A stretch of DNA of 63,145 nt, counting the filler, from Octopus bimaculoides (taxonomy: Eukaryota): NCBI RefSeq assembly GCF_001194135.2. It is 5 parts of 5 records of this genome, joined end to end, with 100 filler letters (N's around TTAATTAATTAA, not from the genome) between each part and the next. Parts side by side here need not be neighbours in the genome. Positions count along the whole stretch, not along the records: positions 43,628 to 57,593 come from NC_068983.1; positions 57,694 to 61,307 come from NC_068984.1; positions 61,408 to 63,145 come from NC_068985.1; 2 more parts are not named here. The stretch is one strand, 5' to 3'. Each line of letters starts with the position of its first letter. The stretch's first letter is position 1. This document shows positions 52,740 to 63,145 of this stretch, piece after piece. The notes beneath the pieces were generated by a model. It was not told the origin of the DNA and did no database searches. It saw only the letters and a program-made list of their open reading frames with translations. The translations under genes and the position numbers were made by a program.

Positions 52740-52830
52740 TCGCCGAAAAGTGTCATAGGAATGGACGAAAGTGGGTGTACGGTTACGATGTCGAAACGAA
52801 AAGGCAGGCATCGCTCCGTGTGCAGCGATA
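52740..52830 (+). pseudogene. Old mariner transposase remnant
   Basis: Manual translation KWVYGYDVETKRQAS. Confidence 0.6.
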
Positions 52831-53639
52831 AAACGACGTTGGCTTTGCTCAAAGATGAAGCTAAACGTCATTTTAGATTAGAAGCGCATTGCTAATCTAT
52901 AACATTTTCAACGTAATCAGACGATCGATTCATTGTTTAAATTGAATATTTTGATATGTTTAAAAGCAGTATGAAGCGAGAAACAAAACACAGGTTTCTC
53001 CTTATCAGTGAAATTGTAGGAAAGCACAATCTCGTCCCCCAGGTACCATATTCTCACCATATTCTCACCATATCCTTTCGGTCTCTGAATTTAGAAACAC
53101 TTCCTGAAAATGTTAGGTTTTTGACTACAGATGACAACGGAAATTAAGCTATAACAACTGTGCTCTATTCATGGAAACGTGTTCTAAACCAGGAAAGTAA
53201 CCTTGTGAATTTGTATATCACTTGATAAAGGTTGAACTGTGATAAAGTAAACAAATATTACTAATTGTAAGCAAAAAAAAAAAAAAAAAAAAGACAGATT
53301 TGTATTTTAAAAGGTTCCTCTTCTTATGGTATAGATCTATAGAAAACTTTATATTGAAGATAAATATGAATGATGAAAGCTGCGAAAAAGCAATCTTTTC
53401 GTAAATACAATGGAAAATAGAAGGCTTTAACTGATTTCGAAATTTCATTTCTATTTGCATTAACTAATAAGAATAATTACTTATTCTACAGAAAAGAGAT
53501 GAAATTTTCCATTATTCTAAATAATACGAAAGCAAAGACAATATGAAATTTAGTATATGATAGTTTTACTGGGGAGTTAAATGATACTCACTGTCTGCAT
53601 GCATAGCTAATCTATTATGCACGATATATATTTGTGTAC

Positions 53640-54900
53640 AACAAGGATAGTAATCAAATTTGTTGAGCGATATATATTATGTGAAGAAATTACCTCTAGA
53701 ATGGTATTCCTCAACAAGACATTCCTTAATATGGGCTTGTTCAATACCCATATTACATCCTGTGTGTTTACCCAGCACGTCTTTTTCAATCAAACAACAG
53801 AACCATTCCCGTTGAAAGATCATATGCGTACAATGTACAACAATGTTCAAAGGATTCGGAAATAAAAATTCAGAAACATCAGAAATTATCTAACATATCT
53901 TTAAGAAATCAGAAACATTTGAGGATGGTTAGTTATCAAAATTGCAGCATAATAGGAAGATGAGAAAATCCCATAGCATAGGTGAATCATTAGTCACTCT
54001 GATTCTTTCAGAAATACGGTCTGTTATTTCGGAAAATATGCCTAAGGATATAATCGCTCATATTTCACTCAGTAATGATAGCGTTAGGCGATGTATAAAC
54101 AACGTAAATAGATTGCTCAGCGAACGGATGAAGTCCTCTGTCGAGTAATGAGGTGCTACTACTGCTATGTATGAATTATATTCAGCATGGGTAATATTGC
54201 GAATAGTTATTTGCGCTATTACTGACAAAAGATCGCATAGGTTTTCCAATATATATAATTGTAAATGATTTTCTGGATTTAAAAAAAATCAATTCTTCTG
54301 CCTGTGCAACTGCTGGTGCAGTTGCTATGACAGGCAAATATCGAAGCTTTATTGCACATTTGAGAAAAAATGTCCCCTTCATTTCCGATTTACTGTATAA
54401 TTTACAGGCAACATCCTACATCGTAAACCATTGCATTTTGAATTACAGCTTGTAATGAAGTCAGTAAATTTATTAAGTCCCATTTCATTAATTATACGTT
54501 ATTTTGGCAATTATGCAATCAAAATGAACACTCAGCACAAATACAATTGCATACATAAGCAAACTAGCTTTCTAAGAATAAATATTTGATACTTTTTTAA
54601 TGGATTGATCGAATTTATGCAATACCACAAATTGTTTCGGCTACCGATCTGAGTTAATATAATTCTAATATTGCTTATCTAATAGACAAATGTAATAAAG
54701 TTACAAGAATCCTTTTTGATGATATTAGTAAGCAATTCCTGGACTGATATACAATCCGATTTTGAGAAAGTTTCAAGATTTTATCCAGTTGACTATCCTC
54801 GCTTCTGGATCAAGAACACACCATGTTCTCGAATCCCTAATTTCCGGAAAGTTATAAAAAAAGGATTATGTTCCGCTTTTTAAGTTCAATATCCTGATTT
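53640..54900 (+). mobile_element. hAT (Buster/ZBED5-like) transposase remnant
   Basis: KSHSIGESL...ISLSNDSVRRCI and GAVAMTGK motifs. Confidence 0.75.
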
Positions 54901-56255
54901 TGATATATATATATATATATATATACACATATGTACATGTGTATGCGTGTATGCATACATAGAGCTTAGAATAATGTGGAGATCATACTCAACAATAATA
55001 AGAAAGAATGCTAGTTGAATGTTCTTTTGTAAAATGTCGACACATTAGATCAGACATAATGGCCTGGAACAGAAGTGTGTGCACATCACTAAAAATCTGT
55101 TGTTCAGCAAATATTAATAAACTGGTATTGGTAAAAGAAATAAAACGTGTATGTCAAACGAATGAGAAAACTATAGGCAAACTGTAATTTTAGATTTATA
55201 CCTGTGATTATCGGTGCACATGTTTCTGGAAGTATCTGCCTCACCAACATTCTTGAGAAGCTTGGCTTCACTAAACCTGAGAGGATATGGTTAATTAGGA
55301 AATCACAATTAAAAGCCATTAATGGAACTGAATTAAAACGTTGGAGAAAGATATGCATATGCACACATACGTAAATTAAAATAACAGAATAACACACACA
55401 ATAACATTCTTGCATGCAAACAGAATACATGTGTGTGTGTGTGTGTGTATAATGGACAGAAAATTTCGAAGTTTAATCCTGGAAGTATTGATTGTGGAGC
55501 TATCATGCTTGAGAAGTGCTTGGCTGGAGGATTCTGTAAACTTGATATATTTAGGGAGGTATGCTAAGTAAACATTTTAAAAATGAAATTAGAGGAGTGT
55601 ATATACATACACACTAACATTATAACTACACTTATTTCTTTCTCATTCTCTGACGTAGCCCTTTCCAAACAACCGCCATTACTGCACTTAAAGGATCTCT
55701 GCTCCATCGTTAAAAGAAAAACAATACATTACAATTCTCCACGCTCCGGTAGAGAAACAACAAAAGTTCCCTTTTCATATCTCTTACACTCATTTTCCCT
55801 AAGGTTATATTGTCACGTTACTTTTATACGATTTTCCTAAAATTGCGGAACCAATCTCACTATTTTACAGACTACTATTATTCCAAATTTTAATCATTAA
55901 AATAAGCAAAAATTGCGTTAGAGAAGAATGCACACACACACACGCACGCGCGCGCGTACACACACACGCACACATACACACACATACATACACATGCACA
56001 CACACACACACTTACGCACGCACACAAACACACACACATGTAAAACTTGATAAAATTTTCCTTTCCAAAATAGTTAATACAACTTATAATTAAAAGAAAT
56101 TTTTATGATTTTTAAATAATTTTATCTCGCAAAACCCAAGAAGTTTTCAAAGAAACGGTTTGTTTTTCGGAACCCCGCATGAAAAACGCCGCCTTAGAAT
56201 ATCCCAGCAGAATAGGAACAGAAAGCCACGCACAAAACCTAGAAATATTACTCAC

Positions 56256-56369
56256 CTTCACAAACTGTGAGGCTCTACCTATAATCACGCTTATTATAAA
56301 AAGTAAAAGATGCTCTCGTATGACGTACGAACTGCAATCTCTTTCACTTGTCGAATTGCAGCAGGTCAT
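56256..56369 (-). CDS. Possible short coding exon with hydrophobic stretch (unverified)
   Basis: ATG at 56369, 38 codons (MTCC...HLLLFIISVIIGRASQFVK), strong donor AAG|GTGAGT. Confidence 0.2.
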
Positions 56370-57051
56370 TTTGAGATCTTGCGAAATCAATCTCTTCTAA
56401 CTTTGTTATCCTTCTATCAATCACACTTATACGGCGTTGGGAGAAGTGTTTTCCAGTGAAGGCATACAAATATTTCTTATCCATTTTGATTCCAGTACTA
56501 TAATTCTGCTGAAGATCGAAACTATGTTGCAAGATTAAACATATACTTCCGTTTACTGGAATTCTCAATCATTTCAATATGGTTGAGAATCAAAGTGTAT
56601 CAAGGTTTACATTAAATAACTTGATCTATGAAACTTTCCTGTGAAATTCTCAAATGATGCCTATCATTAATTATAAATCCATCATTTCATATTGATGGTG
56701 CTCAACTGTAAGATAGACAGATATACACGGTGCCTGCCAAATTAAGCATTAACCAGAATCGGTGTTCAATAAATCAAAAATGCCAGCAAGTCCTTTCGAT
56801 ACATCTGCCATGTTGACATGATTAAGTTCTTGATAAGAGGAACATTAACCAAACAAGAATAATTGAAGCCTATGAAAGTGTATACATTAATGTAAACTCA
56901 CTAACATTATCTTGGTTAAATATAAATTTGATTTGTGTATCACTTCCAGAGATTTATTTCGGAAATGGACAAATAACGACGGTTGTCTCACTTTTAAGGA
57001 CGTAGTCACTGGCTATAAAGACATTGCATCAATAAATCTAGAAATAAGCAT

Positions 57052-57103
<52 letters not shown>

Positions 57104-57188
57104 TATATAAATTCACAGACACGCATATATTTTAGTGTGCATATCACTGTTTTCCATCATTTCAGTATAGTATACAGCATTCTGCTAC

Positions 57189-57246
<58 letters not shown>

Positions 57247-57523
57247 GTCTTGCTGTCAATCTGACCATCTGTTTATATATTGATCTATCTATTTGTCCGT
57301 CTATCCGTCTATATGACTTTATCTTGTTGCTCATACTGTTATTTCCTAATTTCCATCTAATTTGTGTGAAAGTATTTCCAATTTCAGATAGACATTCAGT
57401 GTTATTGATCTTGGTGTAAATGGCTCTCTTCAGTGGAACAGATGTTACTTCTGTGTCCAGTTGTATTAGACCGTTTGCTCTAGTGACTGTCTGTGTGGAC
57501 GTACACGCATACACACACGTATA

Positions 57524-57568
<45 letters not shown>

Positions 57569-57834
57569 ATATTTTCACACACACACACACACANNNNNNN
57601 NNNNNNNNNNNNNNNNNNNNNNNNNNNNNNNNNNNNNTTAATTAATTAANNNNNNNNNNNNNNNNNNNNNNNNNNNNNNNNNNNNNNNNNNNNATATATA
57701 TATATATATATATACGTATGTATATATATGTATGTATATATATATATGTATGTATAATAATATAAAATAATATATAAATATATGTATATATCCATACATA
57801 CATTACATACCTACATCTATATGTATACATACAT

Positions 57835-58190
57835 GCATATATGGGTACAGGACATAAAAAGAAACGTTAAACACAATGAGAAACAAAAACATAGAAACGA
57901 ACTTTTTTCGAACAACGAAAAAACACAAACAGAAAAACGAGACATGCAACATAAAGAGTATACCTCTTCGTCAGTTGTCCCTGTTTCATCTACTCCGCGT
58001 TCCGAAAGGCAAAGACAATACGACTTCGTTGAAACAGTCCTTCGCGCAAGGAAAATTATATAAAATTTGGGATTTTTTGCGGAGGGTGAAAGTGTTAACA
58101 AGAACAGGACAGTGAGAATAAGACAATAAAAATAAACGGTGAGGGCTGTTGAGCCAAGACGATAGGGAAATTATGAACGCTAGGTATATG
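57835..58190 (-). mobile_element. Divergent, CpG-rich family X relative
   Basis: Same 3' end (GTCCTGTACCCATATATG) and same motif layout, but diverged sequence. Confidence 0.7.
57963..58037 (-). ncRNA. Candidate permuted hammerhead, covarying variant (A13 to G)
   Basis: GTCGT-A-TTGTCT...CCTTTC-GGAACG...GAAACAG-GGACAA-CTGACGA-A-GAGG. Confidence 0.45.
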
Positions 58191-58237
58191 TATCTATGCA
58201 TATATATGTATGTATGTTTATACATATATATATGCAT

Positions 58238-58282
<45 letters not shown>

Positions 58283-58284
58283 AC

Positions 58285-58700
58285 TCTTTTACTCTTTCAG
58301 TCTTTTACTTGTTTCAGTCTTTTGACTGTGGCCATGCTGGAGTACCGCCTTTAGTCGAGCAAATCGACCCCAGGACTTATTCTTTGGAAGCCTAGTACTT
58401 ATTCTTTCGGTCTCTTTTGCCGAACCGCTAAGTTACGGGGACATAAACACACCAGCATCGGTTGTCAAGCGACGTTGGGGGGACAAACACAGACATACAA
58501 ACACATACACACATACATATATAAATATACATATATACGACAGGCTTCTTTCAGTTTCCGTCTACCAAATCCACTCACAAGGCATTGGTCGGCCCGAGGC
58601 TATAGTAGAAGGCACTTGCCCAAGATGCCACGCAGTGGGACTGAACCCGGGACCATGTGGTTTGTAAGCAAGCTACTTACCACACAGCCACTCCTACGCC
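58285..58700 (-). mobile_element. Full-length tRNA-derived SINE with LINE-like tail and (AAAGAGT)-type end
   Basis: Same family as 38437-38838. Confidence 0.9.
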
Positions 58701-58713
58701 TATATGTATACTA

Positions 58714-61255
58714 TTTTAAAATGTTTCAGCTTTAAAGCTGTGGTCATGCTGGAGCACCACCGTTGACTAAGCTACACCATTACTTGGAACCTCCTGTAAT
58801 ATGTGGCATTTGATCAATGAGGGGGTTTGATGCTTCTGACCTCATCTGTGTTTCTTGCAATAAGGTAGGCTCGTTTGGAACCTGTAAGAGGAAGAGATCC
58901 AGTTTTGTTTTAAAGACACCTGCATCCACACCATGCAGGTCTCTCAGGCATTTTGGAAGGATATTAAAGAGCTGTGGGCCTCTGAAGCCCAAGCTGTTGC
59001 AGTATCTGTTCTTGTATTTTGATGGTGATGCTGGGATCTTTGGCACTATGCAATGGCGCCCCGTTCTGTAGTTTGAATAACTTTCAATGCCAAAGTTTGG
59101 TACAAGGCCTTCTAGAATTTTCCAGATGTATTTCATTGCATATCTCTCCCGCCTTCATTCGAGGGAGAAGAGTTTTAATTCTTTAAGTCATTTCCAGTAG
59201 CTGACATGTTGCATCAAGACGATTTTCTTGGTGTAGCTTCGTTGGATTGCTTTAAGTTCTGCCGTTGATTTTTTATTGTGTGGAGACATAGTTGGGAGCA
59301 AAAGTCTAAGCGGCTGAGTACGTATGTCCTCCAGAGGATCATCAATGTCTCCTTTTCTCTTGTTTTAACAGTTCGGAGGATCCAGCCAGTCAGCCGTCTG
59401 CATTTTATTACCAAATTGGTAATATGCACCTGGAAAGATGCATCATTGCTCATGTCAATGCCCAGGTCACGCACTGATTTTGATTCAGGGATTTCAATTC
59501 TTCTTGGGCCAGTGTATCCTGTCTGCATGTCATTTAGCTTTGTGTCTTCGTAGCGTAGGGCCTGGAATTTTCCTGCATTAAACTGCATGTTTTTGTCCTC
59601 AGCCCACCTGTATATCGCGTCAACCTCCTGTTGCAGATGTGCAATATTTCCAGGATTTTGTATTGTTTGAGAGACTTTTGTGTTATCTGCATAGCTAGCA
59701 AGGGTGGCTACCTGAGCAGCCAAGGGCATGTCTGAAAGGGCCACTATGAATAGCAGTGGCCCCAAGACAGTGCCCTGTGGAATACCATATGCTATTTGCA
59801 TTTCCTTGGAGGTGGCTCCATTGGCCACTACTGCCTGATGTCTATCCTTTAGAAAGTTGTGCAGCCATTCACCAAGTTTTCCACATATGCCCAGATCGTG
59901 CAGCTTGTGACATATCATACCATGCTCAACTTTGTCAAAGGCTTTTGCAAAGTCATTCAGCAGCTGTTTTAATACCCAGTCGTAGTGTTGCAGGAGCTGT
60001 GTCAGACAGCTTCTACCTGGACGAAATCCATGCTGGGTGTCAGTCAGTTAGTCATTTTCTTCTAGGAACGTGATTAGTTTCTTGCGGACTATTCGTTCCA
60101 TGACTTTACTGATAGGTGATGTCAGAGAGATAGGCCTATAATTTTAAGCATCTGTTCTGCTTCCTCCCTTATGGATAGAACATATTATCCCTTCTTTCAG
60201 TTTGTCTGGGAGCTTACCACTTGCAAGGAAGCTCAGGAAGAGAAGCTGCAGTGGTTTTGTAAGAGCTCGCTTGCATGATTTGAGTAGGATCACTGGAAAC
60301 CCATCCGGGCAGCTGCTGAGTTTGTGTCAACCTCATCTATGGCCAGCATTACATCTTCTTCAATGTTTATATATTCAATTCTTTTAACCTCTTTGGTTTT
60401 AGGTAATGTGGCAAAGAAATCCGCTGGTTTGTTCACTTGCTTGTGTTCCAGTGGTGTAGTGAACACACTTTGGAACTGTTCGTTCAGTATTTCACTTACC
60501 CTCATGAGGTTTCCTGTGAGGGAGCTATCTTTTTGGAAGAGGGGACCTATCTTGTGGTGTATCGAGGCTGTTTCTTTGACAAACTTAAAGAAAGCTTTAG
60601 GGTTTGACTTGATATCTTCTACAACCCAAGCTTCTTTATTTGCTCTCTCCTGATGCAGGCATTTCTCAATTTCCAATAGCACTCTCTCCAGACGAGACTT
60701 CTTGCTACTTTGGGGATGCTTGCTCAGGTGGTTCACAATCTTTGTCCATCATCTCATATGAATCTTCCTTTCTCTGGGGATCCTGTTTTTGTGTATGTTG
60801 GCCTTGCACAATAGGACAGATTTGTCACATATGGATTGTATTATGGACAGGGAATGTTTGTGTTTCATGTCAATGTCTGGTGTGGAGAGACATTTAGGCC
60901 AATCCTGTTTGAGGATCTCTTTCTCAATCAGCTTCCTATTTGTTTTGTGAAAATTTTGTTTGGAGAGATTTTGGGTGCTTCGTATAGGCTGTATGATTTT
61001 GGAGCTTTTGGTCCATACATGGACATCTCTATTACATTGTAATCTGAGATCAGTGTCGGTGTCACTTTAACATTATGGATAATGTCCATATTGTTTGTGA
61101 AGCAAAGATCCAGTATATTATTTACCCTGGTTGGTTGCAGCACGACTTGTCCCATGAAAGAGGCATTGGTAAGGTGGAGCATGGACTCTACCTGTGCTTG
61201 CTGTTGGTGTATCATTCCTGAGAGAATCTGGCCCCCAGGCCATTCCATATTTGGG
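58714..61255 (-). mobile_element. LINE (CR1/L2 group), 5'-truncated, degenerate
   Basis: NILDLCFTN, DFAKAFDKV, GIPQGTVLGPLLF and YADNTK motifs; same 3' end as 1-838. Confidence 0.9.
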
Positions 61256-61584
61256 AAGTAATATATGTATACACATGTATATATATGTATATATATATAT
61301 ATATATANNNNNNNNNNNNNNNNNNNNNNNNNNNNNNNNNNNNNNNNNNNNTTAATTAATTAANNNNNNNNNNNNNNNNNNNNNNNNNNNNNNNNNNNNN
61401 NNNNNNNGTACATATGAATATACATATATATATATATATATATACTATATTATATTATGTTATCCTGTCTTATATTATATTATATTTTATAGATATACAA
61501 GACTAATATACAGGTACATATGTATATATGTTTATGTATGTATAATTATATATTATATGATTATATATATGTATATATGCATCT

Positions 61585-61658
<74 letters not shown>
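61585..61658. repeat. (GATA)n microsatellite
   Basis: Direct reading. Confidence 0.95.
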
Positions 61659-61659
<1 letters not shown>

Positions 61660-62787
61660 TGTGTGTGTATATATATATATAATGAATTCTTTAGCTCGCG
61701 AATTTGAGTTTCACGCCCTTTGATCAGCAGGCTTGGCTTCCTTTCTACATTGTCTCGAACTGCTATGACATATAATGTGTAAGATTCATAATATTTTATA
61801 TGGCTATCATTTGCATTGAAATGTTATGAAAACAACAGCAACAAACTAAAGAACGATCCCGCTTCTATATATCTAAAACCAACCAAATACACCACAGAAA
61901 ATTAGTCCGATGATCTCAATGCCAGGAAAATCCAGTCATTCAATTTCAACAGATAGTAGACTCTCTACCATGTGTCGAAACAATTTTTCGTTGCTTAGCA
62001 TTTATAACATTTCAATGGGTATGTGTATATAAGTGTTCGTGGATGGATAACTGAGTATGGACTTGCATATATATGTGTGGATGCGCGCGTTTGTATGAGT
62101 TTAAATGTATGTGTGCACACAGATATAACATATATATACATAAGGTATGTATATATGTGAGCTTGTATGTATACATTTAAAAGTATATATATCTAAGGTT
62201 TTTCTGAGTATATATGTATATATATATAAGTGTGTGTGTGTGTGTGTGTGTGTGTATNNNNNNNNNNTATATATATATATATATATATACTTATATATAC
62301 CTATATATATAAATATATATATTCATATATATTCATATACTCATATACATACATATATATACATACACACGCAAATATATGCATACATATAAAAATATTC
62401 ACATGCACATATACATAGAATAAAATGCTTCGGGATTTGCCTTAAGTTTCGTGTGCAAATACTTTTATAATTGGTTTCTAAATTTTCTAAAGTGTATATT
62501 TTAACTTAAGGTAAAAATCGATAGAAATTTGTTAAAAATATTGTTAATGTCGCGTGATTGCAGTTCATAAATTTGAAAACTCAAATTAAATCGGTTAACT
62601 TAGTTGCCATGTGAAACGGTTTTGCATTATGTATAGGTGAAATTTTTACTTTCATACATGGTGTAAAAAAAAGTCAATGCATCTCTATAGATTTCGACGA
62701 TGAATATTTTATTACTGGATTCCATTACCTAGATTCTCGTAAGCTTACAAAACAGGCAGATCTATAACGTAATTCTGAGACAAGGCT

Positions 62788-62895
62788 AGTGTGACACGGA
62801 ATGAGACACGGAGTGCCACACGGAACGTTTCACTGAGTGTGACACGGTATGTGACGCGGCATATTACATGATGTGTGACACACTGTGACATGGAT
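62788..62895. repeat. Degenerate ~12-bp tandem array of GTGACACGG-like units
   Basis: gtgtgacacgg, gagacacgg, gccacacgg, gtgtgacacgg, gtgacgcgg, gtgtgacaca, tgtgacatgg. Confidence 0.6.
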
Positions 62896-63145
62896 GTTGG
62901 TTTTGAATTACGGATACAAACATTCAACCGGTTTACTGATACAGAATGTCTGGCATAGGACGTGTCAAGCTGAGGGTTTGGTAAAAGATACTTGCCCGAA
63001 TATGTGCATCGAGATTGAACACAAAAATTCCACCATTCTGCGGTTGCACGCGTACACTCTGCGTCACACACACATACGCACATATGTATGTGTATTTCTG
63101 TTATGCATATATAAATGTATATACATACGTACAAATATATATATA

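Noticed and set aside
61695-61740. Minus-strand CTGCTGATCA...GAAAC hammerhead-like string
   Set aside because: The core deviates without a compensating change and no helix I partner was found.

Overview
Repeat-dense animal genomic DNA with many assembly gaps. The SINE families, microsatellite load and TTAATTAATTAA gap linkers suggest an octopus assembly (inference). No host protein-coding gene can be firmly called. The window is a patchwork of decayed retroelements (RTE, Tx1/L1-like, CR1/L2-group, CRE-like, several Penelope-like elements [PLEs], tRNA-derived SINEs) and DNA transposons (two mariners plus a remnant, an hAT/Buster remnant, a TTAA MITE). There is also one CpG-rich promoter/first-exon candidate at about 43.3-43.5 kb on the minus strand. 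The most interesting content is RNA-level: three different hammerhead-ribozyme (HHR) architectures. (1) A ~600-bp repeat family (4 copies) holds all hammerhead core strands in a non-circularly permuted order, with covarying helices. (2) A PLE 3' end has a GIY-YIG ORF followed by a tRNA-like Pol III A/B-box cassette and a minimal type I HHR; it occurs as SINE-like units and head-to-head inverted pairs. (3) A type I HHR has the C3:G8 core pair swapped to G3:C8. All ribozyme calls come from reading base-pairing by eye and need folding, covariance and cleavage tests.
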